Shown in pieces: positions 1-9,515 of a stretch of 64,000 bases of DNA. The position numbers and the translations under genes were made by a program. The stretch comes from an uncultured bacterium (GTDB taxonomy: Bacteria > Actinomycetota > Actinomycetes > S36-B12 > CAIYMF01), in contig CAIYMF010000102.1 of assembly GCA_903927265.1 (NCBI GenBank), positions 47 through 64,046 of the forward strand, in the 5' to 3' direction. The first letter of the stretch is position 1, and each line of letters starts with the position of its first letter. Under the pieces are notes generated by a model. That model saw only the letters and a program-made list of their open reading frames with translations. It was not told the origin of the DNA and searched no databases.

Positions 1-483
1 ACACAGCGCGAGGAGCGCATCGGCGAGCTCCCGCATCTTGCTGAGGTACTCCCCAACGAGCGGCTCGAAGTCGGGCAACTCCGCAGGCCACACATTCGCA
101 CCGAAAAACTCTGCGAAGGGATGCTCCGCAGCGATCACGGATCCTGCCTCCGAGCCCACGACGTACGACTCCTTGAGGTCCGGCGGCGTTTCGGTCCCTT
201 CTGAGTAGCCATTGGCCTCAGCGCCGATGGCCAGCCAGCCGCGTCCCGCCACCTGTGTCCGGTAGCGCTCCTTGGCTTCAGAGGGCAGTGCGAAGAAGTC
301 GCTGCCTGTGGCGCGCACGCGCTCAACAAGTTCGGCTGGCACACCGTGGCCCACAAGTACGAGAAAGCCCACACGGCTGAGATCTCGATCGATCTCGGCG
401 GCCAACGCATCACGCGCCGCTTCGTCGCCCGTGAACCACGGCGAGAGATCAATCAGTGGGATACCGGAATCATTGCCAGCCAT
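1..483 (-). CDS. 2OG-Fe(II) oxygenase family protein (N-terminal ~160 aa; gene runs off the left edge)
   Basis: Manual translation of the minus strand from ATG at 483: MAGNDSGIPLIDLSPWFTGDEAARDALAAEIDRDLSRVGFLVLVGHGVP... This is the typical N-terminal 'IPxIDLS ... GFFxxxxHGV' region of isopenicillin-N-synthase-like 2OG oxygenases. It is absent from the ORF track because no stop lies in the window. Confidence 0.6.
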   Translation of the reverse strand, partial: MAGNDSGIPLIDLSPWFTGDEAARDALAAEIDRDLSRVGFLVLVGHGVPAELVERVRATGSDFFALPSEAKERYRTQVAGRGWLAIGAEANGYSEGTETPPDLKESYVVGSEAGSVIAAEHPFAEFFGANVWPAELPDFEPLVGEYLSKMRELADALLALC

Positions 484-506
484 CAGACCTCCACTCAACG
501 CCCCCG

Positions 507-1295
507 ATGGAGCGAAAGCGTAGCGTGGGGTCCGTGAATGACGCAGGGTTATGCGCCGTCGTACTCGCCGCGGGCTATGGCACGCGGCTTCGACCGCTCA
601 CCGAGATTCGACCCAAATCGTTGTGCCCCATCAACAATGTTCCACTGCTCGATCTGGCCCTCGACTCGGTGCGGCCATTCGCGACCGACATCGCTGTCAA
701 CGTTCACTACCTCGCCGAACAAGTGATCGCTCACCTTGACGGAGTGGCCGTCACCATCTCCGACGAGCGAGCGCGCATTCTCGGCAGTGCGGGGGCTCTC
801 GGCGCCCTGCGCGAGTGGATCGATGGCCGCGCGGTTCTCGTGCGCAACAGCGACGCCTACCTCACCGCCGGGCTCGACGAGCTGGTTAACGGTTGGGATG
901 GTGAGCGACCACGACTCTTGGGACGTCAACTCGAAAGCGCGAGCGACTTCGGCAACGTGCAGTACATCGGCGCGTGCTTACTGCCTGCCGATTCGGCACT
1001 GACGCTTGCCGCAGAGCCGGCCAGTCTTTACGACCTCATCTGGAAGCCGGCGTGGGATGACGGGTCACTCGAGTTGGTGATGACATCGGGCGAATTCGTC
1101 GATTGCGGAACTCCACGCGACTACCTCGCGGCCAACATGCTGGCGAGCGACGGCAACAATGTGATCGGTGCGGGCTCTGTTGTTGGGGGCTCACTTACAC
1201 AGGTCGTTGTGTGGCCCCGTGGAATAGTCGCCACCAACGAAACTCTCAGCAATTGCATTCGAGTAGGCCGAGATCTCACCGTTGACGCGCATTGA
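507..1295 (+). CDS. sugar-phosphate nucleotidyltransferase (NTP_transferase family)
   Basis: AVVLAAGYGTRLRPLTEIRPKSLCPINNVPLLD is the GxGxR nucleotidyltransferase signature. The ORF track starts at 456; ATG 507 (alternatives GTG 525/534) avoids overlap with the divergent gene. Confidence 0.75.
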   Translation: MERKRSVGSVNDAGLCAVVLAAGYGTRLRPLTEIRPKSLCPINNVPLLDLALDSVRPFATDIAVNVHYLAEQVIAHLDGVAVTISDERARILGSAGALGALREWIDGRAVLVRNSDAYLTAGLDELVNGWDGERPRLLGRQLESASDFGNVQYIGACLLPADSALTLAAEPASLYDLIWKPAWDDGSLELVMTSGEFVDCGTPRDYLAANMLASDGNNVIGAGSVVGGSLTQVVVWPRGIVATNETLSNCIRVGRDLTVDAH

Positions 1296-1303
1296 ACAAC
1301 GCG

Positions 1304-1945
1304 CTACTTGAAGATGCCTTCACGTTCGGCCCACAGCGCAGCTTGCGTGCGGTCTTGAACTCCCAACCTCGCGAAGATGCGCGTCAGGTGTGCCTTCACG
1401 GTCTTCTCAGAAATGCCGAGCCTGCGAGCAATTTCCTTATTGAGACGACCTTCTGTCACCAACCGCAACACCTCAAGCTCACGCTCTGACAGCGGCGATT
1501 GTTCTGCCGGCCTGCGATCACTGCGTTCAGCAAGTACCAACGCACCAATGCGCGCGTCAATCGGAGATCCACCAACGGCTGCCGCCCTGACTCCGGCGAT
1601 GATGTCGGTCGGCTCGGCGTCTTTGAGGAGATACCCACAGGCGCCCGCATCGAGTGCCTGAGCGACTCGGGCTCGATCACCGAACGAGGTCAAAATGACC
1701 ACTCGAGCCGACGGATCGTCACGAGTGATGCGCGCCGTTGCTTCGACGCCGTCTACTCCAGGCATTGACAAATCCATCAGGACCACGTGCGGCGAATGGG
1801 TCGTGTACGAGGCAACAGCTGCCTCGCCGTCGCCCACACTGTCAACAACGCGAATACCGCCGGCACCGTCAAGCAACGCTTGTAGCCCCGAACGAATCAC
1901 GTGATGGTCATCGACAAGCAGCACGGTGACATCGTCGACGGTCAT
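1304..1945 (-). CDS. NarL/LuxR-family two-component response regulator
   Basis: Receiver domain (LLVDDHHVIRSGL...VVLMDLSMPGVDG) plus a C-terminal LuxR HTH (LSERELEVLRLVTEGRLNKEIARRLGISEKTVKAHLTRIF). 4-nt overlap with the upstream kinase. Confidence 0.9.
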   Translation of the reverse strand: MTVDDVTVLLVDDHHVIRSGLQALLDGAGGIRVVDSVGDGEAAVASYTTHSPHVVLMDLSMPGVDGVEATARITRDDPSARVVILTSFGDRARVAQALDAGACGYLLKDAEPTDIIAGVRAAAVGGSPIDARIGALVLAERSDRRPAEQSPLSERELEVLRLVTEGRLNKEIARRLGISEKTVKAHLTRIFARLGVQDRTQAALWAEREGIFK

Positions 1946-3243
1946 CGCGCAACCTCCAAGGTCAGCACCACGCCCGACAGCGTGCCGTCGTCGACAGTCA
2001 GCGAACCGCCGTCACGTGCCGCGAGGTCGGCCAGAAGCCTCAAGCCTGCATGGCCCGAAGCAGGGGCTCGCCAATCTCCACCAGCGAGCCCCCGCCCATC
2101 GTCGGCCACAGTCAGTGTCACCGTGCGCTCGCTTTCGACTAAGGCAATGTCAACTCGCGTGGCCTGCGAATGTGTCACGACATTGCGCAGCGCCTCCTGC
2201 GCGGCTCGGTAGATCAGTGCCTCAGTCTCTTCGGGAAGTCTGGTGTCGGGATCGGCAGCGAGCGTCGCCGTGAGCCCTCTGCTTCGCGGTCCGGCGAGTA
2301 AACCATCGAGGGCCGCCGCAAGTCCGGCGTCGCGAAGGTTAGGCGGGTAGATCTCAATGAGGAGAGACCTCAGAGCACTGACCGCAGTGCGCGTGTGGGT
2401 CGCTGCTTCGTCAACGGATTCGGCCGCTCCCGAACCTTCCGCGCGCAACCGGCCGGCCGTCGCCACCAACGCATAGGAAACTCCGGTGAGGTCTTGAACG
2501 ACGCCGTCATGTAGGTCACTGGCGATGCGATGCCGCTCTGCTTCTGATGCATCGACGGCCGACTGCAGAAGTTCCTGCTTTTCGGCCTCATCGCGCTTGG
2601 CTCGGTTCACTAGCCACCAGGCAAGCGGAAGTTCAAGCAAGGCAAGTAGTAGCAAGCCACCGATGATGATCGGCGCGAAACGGGTCCAGATACGACGCGA
2701 CGCGTCAGTCAGCGCGTCGCCTCGGTAATAGACCTCAAAAAGAAGCCGCGTGCGGTCTTCCGTGGCAACGGGGAGGTACACCTCGAGCATGCGTCCGACT
2801 TCTTGCTCGTATTGATTCTCGGGTTTAGTCAGATCGCTCGGCTCAGCCTCAATTCCTCCGTACTGCAACACTTGCTGTTCTTCGGCTCCCAGCGGATAAG
2901 CGGTTCCGATGAGGCGCTGCTCGTCGGAGTAGAGAATCGTGCCGTCACCGCGCCAAATCTTTACTCGGGCAATGTCGGGGCGCAAGACAGAGGAGCGCAC
3001 CACTGCGTCGATCGCGGCGATTGCAGCGGGATCTCCCGTGAGCAATCCATTCGGAATCTCTGCCATCGTGGTCGCCGCGAGGACCTGCGTCGTTGAGCGC
3101 GCGTCAGACACCGCTTCCTGAGTTCCCACCTGCTGGCTCGCCCACAACGACAGCGCAATGACCACGAGTATTGCTGCAAGCGCCGCCACCGCATAGATGG
3201 CCAGCAGGCGGCCGCGGCGGATTCCGGGGGAACTCATTGGCAC
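1942..3243 (-). CDS. sensor histidine kinase (HisKA_3 type)
   Basis: N-terminal TM segment, a second TM segment, H-box ERHRIASDLHDGVVQDL, and a C-terminal HATPase region (DDGRGL...). Confidence 0.85.
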   Translation of the reverse strand: MPMSSPGIRRGRLLAIYAVAALAAILVVIALSLWASQQVGTQEAVSDARSTTQVLAATTMAEIPNGLLTGDPAAIAAIDAVVRSSVLRPDIARVKIWRGDGTILYSDEQRLIGTAYPLGAEEQQVLQYGGIEAEPSDLTKPENQYEQEVGRMLEVYLPVATEDRTRLLFEVYYRGDALTDASRRIWTRFAPIIIGGLLLLALLELPLAWWLVNRAKRDEAEKQELLQSAVDASEAERHRIASDLHDGVVQDLTGVSYALVATAGRLRAEGSGAAESVDEAATHTRTAVSALRSLLIEIYPPNLRDAGLAAALDGLLAGPRSRGLTATLAADPDTRLPEETEALIYRAAQEALRNVVTHSQATRVDIALVESERTVTLTVADDGRGLAGGDWRAPASGHAGLRLLADLAARDGGSLTVDDGTLSGVVLTLEVAR

Positions 3244-3277
3244 AGCCTAAGGTCGCTCGCCCGCTAGCGTTGACCCC

Positions 3278-4060
3278 ATGACACAACCCTTTTCACTCGC
3301 CGGTCGCCGAGCACTCCTCACGGGCGCCGGATCGGCCGACGGAATTGGCTTCGCATCTGCTCGACTCCTCGCCCGAATGGGAGCCCGCGTCGTCATTAGT
3401 TCGACCACCGACCGCATCCACACGCGTGTCTCGGAACTCCGGGCGGCTTCACTCGACGCCCATGGGCTCATCGCCGATCTCACCGATCGCGAGGCAGTGG
3501 CGGCGTTGGTCACGGCGGCCACCGAGCATCTTGGGGGCATCGACATCCTCGTCAACAACGCCGGCATGGCGCAGACCTCCGTGTCGATCGACAGCGGCAC
3601 ACTCACAGAGCAATCGCCGGATGACTGGGAACACCAACTGCAGATCACGTTGCTCACGGCTGTGAACTTGACTCGCGCCTGCATTCCGGTGATGCGCGCC
3701 CAGGGCGGCGGCCGCATTGTGATGGTCTCAAGCGTTACCGGACCGTTGGTTTCAGCCTCCGGTAGCAGCGCCTACTCAGCGGCCAAGGGTGCCATGGACG
3801 GGCTCATGCGCGCCGTGGCCATTGAGGAGGGACCCCATGCGATCACCTGCAACTCGGTGGCACCGGGGTGGATTCACACCGCATCCTCGGACGAGGACGA
3901 GTTGGTGGCCGGCCTCCATACCCCCACTGGTCGGCCCGGAACACCTGATGAAGTGGCCGCGGTGGTGGGATTTCTCGCAAGCAATGAAGCCTCCTACGTG
4001 ACCGGTCAGCCCTTCGTCGTCGATGGTGGCAACATCATTCAAGAAATCAAGGGCAGCTAG
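3278..4060 (+). CDS. SDR family oxidoreductase (FabG-like)
   Basis: TGAGSADGIGFA glycine-rich NAD(P) motif, NNAG, and the S...YSAAK catalytic motif. Confidence 0.85.
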   Translation: MTQPFSLAGRRALLTGAGSADGIGFASARLLARMGARVVISSTTDRIHTRVSELRAASLDAHGLIADLTDREAVAALVTAATEHLGGIDILVNNAGMAQTSVSIDSGTLTEQSPDDWEHQLQITLLTAVNLTRACIPVMRAQGGGRIVMVSSVTGPLVSASGSSAYSAAKGAMDGLMRAVAIEEGPHAITCNSVAPGWIHTASSDEDELVAGLHTPTGRPGTPDEVAAVVGFLASNEASYVTGQPFVVDGGNIIQEIKGS

Positions 4061-4106
4061 GTGGGTGCCCGATACGGCAAACCCCTGCCCCGTGCACAAT
4101 GTCTGC

Positions 4107-4769
4107 ATGGCCGTGACACTGACGCACCGCGACTCCGTTTCAATCCTTGACCTCGGCGACGACGAGAACCGATGGTCTCCCGAGTGGCTCGAAACCGTTG
4201 GAGCCCTCCTCGATGAGATTGCGAGTGGCAAGCCGACCGCATTGGTCACCACCGCGACCGGAAAGTTTTTTACCAACGGTCTCGACCTCGAGTGGTTGAC
4301 AGCCAACAGCGACAAGTGGGAGTGGTACGTCGAGCGTGTACACGGACTATTGGCGCGCATGCTCACCCTGCCCGTTCCGACCATTGCAGCAATGAACGGC
4401 CACGCGTTCGGTGCCGGCGCCATGCTGGCCATGGCCCACGACTTTCGGGTGATGCGCTCCGACCGCGGCTACCTCTGCTTCCCCGAAGTCGACATTCGCA
4501 TTCCGTTCACGCCAGGAATGGCCGCACTCATTCAGTCGAAGGTGAGTCAGCAAACGGCCGTCGCTTCAATGACAACGGGCAGGCGCTACGGAGGCGAAGA
4601 GGCGTTGGCCGTTGGACTTGTTGATTTCTCTTCCGATGAAGCCGGGCTCCTCGACACTGCCGTCGACACCGTGTCGCCACTGGTTGGCAAGGATGTCGAA
4701 ACCCTGTCGAAGATCAAGGAAACAATGTTCGCCACGGCGGCCGCCGCGCTTCGTTCATCTGCGAAGTAG
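4107..4769 (+). CDS. enoyl-CoA hydratase/isomerase (crotonase) family protein
   Basis: Crotonase-like pattern (FFTNGLDLEW..., AAMNGHAFGAGAMLAMAHDFRVM). ATG 4107 is preferred over the track start 4023, which overlaps the SDR gene. Confidence 0.75.
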   Translation: MAVTLTHRDSVSILDLGDDENRWSPEWLETVGALLDEIASGKPTALVTTATGKFFTNGLDLEWLTANSDKWEWYVERVHGLLARMLTLPVPTIAAMNGHAFGAGAMLAMAHDFRVMRSDRGYLCFPEVDIRIPFTPGMAALIQSKVSQQTAVASMTTGRRYGGEEALAVGLVDFSSDEAGLLDTAVDTVSPLVGKDVETLSKIKETMFATAAAALRSSAK

Positions 4770-4772
4770 TTG

Positions 4773-5633
4773 TCAGTCGGCGCTGAAGGCCGCCACCATA
4801 CGGTCGATCGCGACAGGCCCACCTTCAAGAAGGAACAGCGACGGCTCGACGAGTTCGACTTCGAGTACGCAGTAGCCACCCGAATCGTCACGCACTACGT
4901 CGATGCGACCGTAGAGCGGAATTCCGAAGCGCGCTGTCGCCTCCGCTATCGCCGCGGCGCCCACCTCAATCTGGGCGGCGGAGGCAGCATGGGGGGTGTT
5001 GGTTTCCTTGGCGTAGATTCCGCCAATTGACGTGGCCGCTGGAAGCGACACCCGCTTACTGGCCGAATGGCTGAACTCGCCGTTGAAGAACAACAACGGC
5101 CATTCGCCATCGACGGCAACTGATTCGAGCATCGGTTGCACCAACATCGACGCACCACGCGCGTGCAGACGCGCAATATGAGCGGCTGCTAGTTCCGTTT
5201 CGTGTGCGTGGTACGACGCTGCATCACGGCTACCTGCGCCGATCGCGGGTTTCACGACGAATGGACCGTCGGGAAAACGCGGCTCCGCACCCACTTCCAC
5301 GACCACCGTGGGAGTGATCGGAACACCAACCCGCTCGAGGTCGAGGAGGTAATGCTTGTCCATACTCCAGCGCATGAGATCGGGTGGATTGCGCAGGTCG
5401 GTCACCGCGTCGACGTGATCGACCCAGGCCAGGAATTCATCGATGCGTTCGGGGTAATCCCACGTCGAACGCGGCAACACCCGATCGAAGGAGGCCCAGT
5501 CAACCGAGGGGTCATCCCAATCGACCACGAAGACATCAACACCGGCAGCATGCAAGGCCGGCGGCCCGAAAGGTTCGTCGGGGTCATGCCCGCGCACGCT
5601 CTTCGCGGTCACCCAAGCCAAGCGAGTAATCAT
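4773..5633 (-). CDS. ATP-grasp domain protein (RimK/glutathione-synthetase-like)
   Basis: Overall pattern (FVVKPAIGAGSRDA..., LVQPMLES..., GRIDVV...LEVELVEPSLF) fits the ATP-grasp fold. Substrate unknown. Confidence 0.55.
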   Translation of the reverse strand: MITRLAWVTAKSVRGHDPDEPFGPPALHAAGVDVFVVDWDDPSVDWASFDRVLPRSTWDYPERIDEFLAWVDHVDAVTDLRNPPDLMRWSMDKHYLLDLERVGVPITPTVVVEVGAEPRFPDGPFVVKPAIGAGSRDAASYHAHETELAAAHIARLHARGASMLVQPMLESVAVDGEWPLLFFNGEFSHSASKRVSLPAATSIGGIYAKETNTPHAASAAQIEVGAAAIAEATARFGIPLYGRIDVVRDDSGGYCVLEVELVEPSLFLLEGGPVAIDRMVAAFSAD

Positions 5634-5656
5634 TGGATGATCTTAAGCGCCGCACT

Positions 5657-5716
5657 GACGTGCACGTCTCGTCACTTGCACACATCTTCAAGTGCAGTAG
5701 AGTCGAGGTACTCGAC
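5657..5716. promoter_or_regulatory. cluster of palindromes in the divergent ATP-grasp/ArsR promoter region
   Basis: Perfect 12-bp palindrome GACGTGCACGTC (5657-5668). CACTTG-N10-CAAGTG (5673-5694). GTCGAG-gta-CTCGAC (5702-5716). All lie between gene starts 5633(-) and 5747(+). Confidence 0.4.
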
Positions 5717-5746
5717 GGGGGTCGATCGCGCGGCAGGAGAACGGCG

Positions 5747-6082
5747 ATGGCTACTCCGCTCTATCAAGCAAAAGCGGAGTTCTTCCGCACCCTGGGTCAT
5801 CCGGTGCGCATTCGAGTTCTTGAGCTACTGTCCGAAAGAGATCACGCCGTACACGAGTTACTCGCTGCGATCGCGGTGGAGCCCAGCAACCTCTCGCAGC
5901 AACTCGCGGTCTTAAGGCGCGCGGGTCTGGTTCGACAGAGTCGCGAGGGCGGTCAGGTCGTCTACTCGGTCAGCGTTCCTGAAGTACGCGAACTGCTCGT
6001 TGTTGCTCGACGCATTCTCGTGGGAGTACTCGACGAACAAAGTGCGTTGAAGCAGGAACTGACACCCGGGTCTGCCGCGTGA
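5747..6082 (+). CDS. ArsR/SmtB family transcriptional regulator
   Basis: FFRTLGHPVRIRVLELLSERDHAVHELLAAIAVEPSNLSQQLAVLRRAGLV is a classic ArsR wHTH. Its stop overlaps the next start (GTGA). Confidence 0.85.
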   Translation: MATPLYQAKAEFFRTLGHPVRIRVLELLSERDHAVHELLAAIAVEPSNLSQQLAVLRRAGLVRQSREGGQVVYSVSVPEVRELLVVARRILVGVLDEQSALKQELTPGSAA

Positions 6083-6567
6083 GCGTACTGCGACTGCTGC
6101 AACTCATGCGTCGCACCGGTCGCGTTGCCGAGGCAGCCCCGGACCTTCCCGAGCAATGGGACGGCGTACCCGCGGCACTTTCTGGAAGCGTTCAGATTCG
6201 CCATGTCGACGCCGGCTCATGCAACGGCTGCGAGATTGAGATTGGCGCGGTCTTTGGTCCGGTCTACGACGCCGAGCGTTACGGTGCCCGACTTGTAGCC
6301 TCACCACGCCACGCCGATGTGTTGCTGGTGACGGGTGTAGTAACTCGCAACATGACCGAAGCGCTGGTGCGCACTGTCGAAGCCACACCTCGTCCGCGAT
6401 TGGTGATCGCTGTTGGCGACTGTGCACGCAACTGCGGTGTCTTTACTGATGGCCACGCCGTCGTGGGTTCGGTGAGTGATGTAGTCGACGTTGACCTTGA
6501 GGTGGCCGGCTGCCCACCTGAGCCAGACCACATCATTGCGGCACTGCGTTCGGTAACTGGCCGATGA
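6079..6567 (+). CDS. NuoB/HycG-like small subunit ([4Fe-4S] type) of an Ehr/group-4-hydrogenase-like complex
   Basis: GSCNGCEIE, GDCARNCGVF and GCPPEP match the conserved cluster-binding motifs of the NuoB/HycG family. Confidence 0.85.
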   Translation: MSVLRLLQLMRRTGRVAEAAPDLPEQWDGVPAALSGSVQIRHVDAGSCNGCEIEIGAVFGPVYDAERYGARLVASPRHADVLLVTGVVTRNMTEALVRTVEATPRPRLVIAVGDCARNCGVFTDGHAVVGSVSDVVDVDLEVAGCPPEPDHIIAALRSVTGR

Positions 6568-8561
6568 ATCCGCTCGAAGGGGCACTGACCGCCGAGTTGC
6601 TCATCGCGGCACTGGCATGCATCGTGGCGGCGCTTTCACCCGCTTCGATGCGTCGCTACCTCGCGGGAGTAGCAACGCTCGCGATGGCAGCGAGCGGAAT
6701 CGTCGCAGGAGGATTCGCACTGTCGGGTCACACTGGCACGCTTTCGGCACCCACCGCACTACCGGCGGTCGACCTGACGCTCGCACCCGACCGACTCGGC
6801 GGAGTATTCATCGTCATTGCCTCCGCCGTCACCTTGCTCGCGGCCCTGTACGCCATTGGTTACGTGCACGGCTCGGCCGACTCGCGCAGCGCCTGGCTCG
6901 CGTTCATCATTTTCACTCTTGGCCTTCAAATGGTGCCTGCAGCCGGCGACGTCATCACCTTCCTTCTCGCCTGGGAACTCATGGCGCTGGGGTCGGGTGT
7001 GCTCGTGCTGACCGACCATCGCACTCGCCCCCAGGCACGCTCGGCAGCGCTCTGGTACGCCGTGATGACTCAGCTGAGTTTTCTACTACTCCTCGCCGGA
7101 TTCGCAGTGCTCGCAACGGCAACAGGCTCGACCACCTTCGATGCACTTGTGACCGTGTCACCTACATCAACGACCGGTGCACTCGCATTCATCTTGCTCA
7201 CTCTCGGCTTCGCCACGAAGGCCGGACTTGTTCCACTGCACATCTGGCTGCCGCGCGCGCATCCCGAGGCTCCGAGTCACGCCTCGGCGGTGATGAGTGC
7301 GGCCATGGTGAAGATGGGCGTATACGGAACGCTGCTTGTAGTCCTGCGCTTTATGCCGGGAGGCCCTGCATGGTGGGGCATCGTCTTACTCGTACTTGGC
7401 GGAATTTCAGCTGTCTACGGAATCCTTCAGGCCTCCGTCACCAGTGATGTGAAGCGACTGCTCGCCTATTCAACGACAGAGAACATCGGCCTGATCTTCC
7501 TCGCGATCGGGGCATCGGTTCTACTAGCCGCGTACGGCATCACGGCCGCAAGCCAGGCGGCCCTGCTTGCCGCACTTCTTCTCGCAATCTCCCACGCCGC
7601 GTTCAAGTGCTCACTCTTCCTTGGCGCCGGGGCGATCGTGCACGCCACCGGCGAGCGCAATCTCGATCGCCTCGGCGGCCTGGGCGTACGCATGCCGTGG
7701 ACCGCCGCCGCATTCGGTGTGGCCGCACTCGGAGCCGCTGCGCTACCTGTGACGTCAGGCTTCGTCGCTGAGTGGACACTGTTCCAATCGTTCATCCACG
7801 GCGCTACTCGCGACGCAATCCCCCTCGCGGTTGCGTTGCCCGTTGCTGTTGCCGTTGTCGCTCTCACTGCCGGTCTAGCCCTCGTGACGTTCGTCAAACT
7901 CTACGGAATCGGTTTCCTCGCACGTCCACGCTCGACTGGCGCTGACGATGCTCATGAGGTGTCGCATCCGATGCGCTGGGCCGCACTGATCGGTGCCGCC
8001 GCCGTAATCGCGCTCGGAGTCTTTCCGGGACCTATCGCACAGGTTCTCGCAAGCGCAGTCGGCATTGGCGACGTCGCCACCATTGGTTTCGGCGGGCTGA
8101 GTCTGCCATCCCTCGGAGTACTGCTCGATCCGATGGCGTTGGCGATCACGGCGTTGGTATGCGCACTGCCCGTTGTTGTTGTCAGCGCACTGTCGGCACG
8201 ACGCCATCCGCGGCGCGCCACTGAACTTCCCTGGGGCTGCGGCGGGGTTCGCGTGAGTCCGCGTATGCAGTACACCGCGACGTCATACGCCGAACCGCTG
8301 ATGCGGGTTTTCGATGACACCTTGCGACCCGAACAAGACGTCGTCGTCACTCATGCCACTGAATCGCGCTACCTCGTCGCACAGGTGCGATACAGGCAGA
8401 AGCTTTCCGATGTCATCGAGGTGCGCGGCTACCGACCGCTCCTCGCGTTCGCTGACCGCCTCGGTGTGGTGAGTCGACGCCTGCAGAACGGCAGCCTGCA
8501 CCGCTACCTCACCTACTCATTTGTCGCGCTCATCGTGGTGTTAGTGGTGGTGTCGCTATGA
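6564..8561 (+). CDS. NuoL/HyfB-like proton-conducting antiporter subunit
   Basis: 665-aa polytopic membrane protein with Mrp/NuoL-type motifs (WELMALGS..., PLHIWLPRAHPEAPSHASAVMSA..., LAYSTTENIG). ATGA overlap with the previous gene. Confidence 0.85.
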   Translation: MNPLEGALTAELLIAALACIVAALSPASMRRYLAGVATLAMAASGIVAGGFALSGHTGTLSAPTALPAVDLTLAPDRLGGVFIVIASAVTLLAALYAIGYVHGSADSRSAWLAFIIFTLGLQMVPAAGDVITFLLAWELMALGSGVLVLTDHRTRPQARSAALWYAVMTQLSFLLLLAGFAVLATATGSTTFDALVTVSPTSTTGALAFILLTLGFATKAGLVPLHIWLPRAHPEAPSHASAVMSAAMVKMGVYGTLLVVLRFMPGGPAWWGIVLLVLGGISAVYGILQASVTSDVKRLLAYSTTENIGLIFLAIGASVLLAAYGITAASQAALLAALLLAISHAAFKCSLFLGAGAIVHATGERNLDRLGGLGVRMPWTAAAFGVAALGAAALPVTSGFVAEWTLFQSFIHGATRDAIPLAVALPVAVAVVALTAGLALVTFVKLYGIGFLARPRSTGADDAHEVSHPMRWAALIGAAAVIALGVFPGPIAQVLASAVGIGDVATIGFGGLSLPSLGVLLDPMALAITALVCALPVVVVSALSARRHPRRATELPWGCGGVRVSPRMQYTATSYAEPLMRVFDDTLRPEQDVVVTHATESRYLVAQVRYRQKLSDVIEVRGYRPLLAFADRLGVVSRRLQNGSLHRYLTYSFVALIVVLVVVSL

Positions 8562-9505
8562 ACTGGACCGCCACTGCCGTGGCCCTTTTCCAAGTACTCG
8601 TGGCAACGCTCGTTGCGCCCCTGGTGATTGGCATCACCCGCCAAACGCGAGCTCGTCTTGAAGGTCGCGCGGGCGCTGGCATTCTGCAGCCTTGGCGTGA
8701 CCTGCTCAAATTGCTGCGCAAAGAGACGCTGCAGGCCAATGGTGTGAGTTGGATTAGCTCGGTCGGGCCCATCATTGTGATGGCGTCCAGTCTCTTGGTG
8801 GCGGCGCTGCTTCCTCTGATCAGCACGATCACGTTGCCCTTGGTTCCCGACGACCTCTTCGTCGTCGTTTCGGTGCTCTTGATCGGCACGGTGGCAGTGG
8901 CCCTCATCGGGCTCGACGCCGGCTCGGCGTTCGGCGGCATGGGTTCCAGTCGCCACATGATGATTGCCGCACTCGTTGAACCTACTGTGCTCGTTGCGGT
9001 CTACGCGCTCTCGATTCCTGCCGGTTCGTCGCTGCTGTCGTCCATTGTCGCGACTCGACTTGACGCTCCTGCGGTGATCCTGTCACCAGTAAGCCTGCTA
9101 GCAGTCGTGGCGCTCTTCGTTGCTGTTCTTGCGGAAACCGGGCGACTACCTGTTGATAATCCGTCGACGCATCTCGAACTGACGATGGTGCACGAGGCCA
9201 TGATTCTCGAAAGTTCGGGGCGCGATCTCGCGTGGCTCGAACTCGGTTCGTGGTTGCGACTGTCAGCACTTCTCGGCCTCGTGGCGAACCTGATGATTCC
9301 GTGGGGACTGGCGACAGACGCCACCGTGCTGGCCCTCGTTATCGGAACTATCGCGCTACTGGTCAAGCTCACGGTGTTCGCCGCAGCGCTCGGCGCCGGC
9401 GAAGTGTTCCTCGCCAAATTGCGACTGTTTCGGGTGCCTGAACTTCTCGCCGGCTCATTCGTTCTGGCATTTCTTGCCGTCACCGCGTCGTATCTAGTCA
9501 CATGA
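8558..9505 (+). CDS. NuoH/HycD-like membrane subunit
   Basis: 315-aa membrane protein with RLPVDNPSTHLELTMVHEAMILESSGRDLA, the HycD/NuoH conserved loop. Confidence 0.85.
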   Translation: MNWTATAVALFQVLVATLVAPLVIGITRQTRARLEGRAGAGILQPWRDLLKLLRKETLQANGVSWISSVGPIIVMASSLLVAALLPLISTITLPLVPDDLFVVVSVLLIGTVAVALIGLDAGSAFGGMGSSRHMMIAALVEPTVLVAVYALSIPAGSSLLSSIVATRLDAPAVILSPVSLLAVVALFVAVLAETGRLPVDNPSTHLELTMVHEAMILESSGRDLAWLELGSWLRLSALLGLVANLMIPWGLATDATVLALVIGTIALLVKLTVFAAALGAGEVFLAKLRLFRVPELLAGSFVLAFLAVTASYLVT

Positions 9506-9515
9506 GGAGGGGAGC

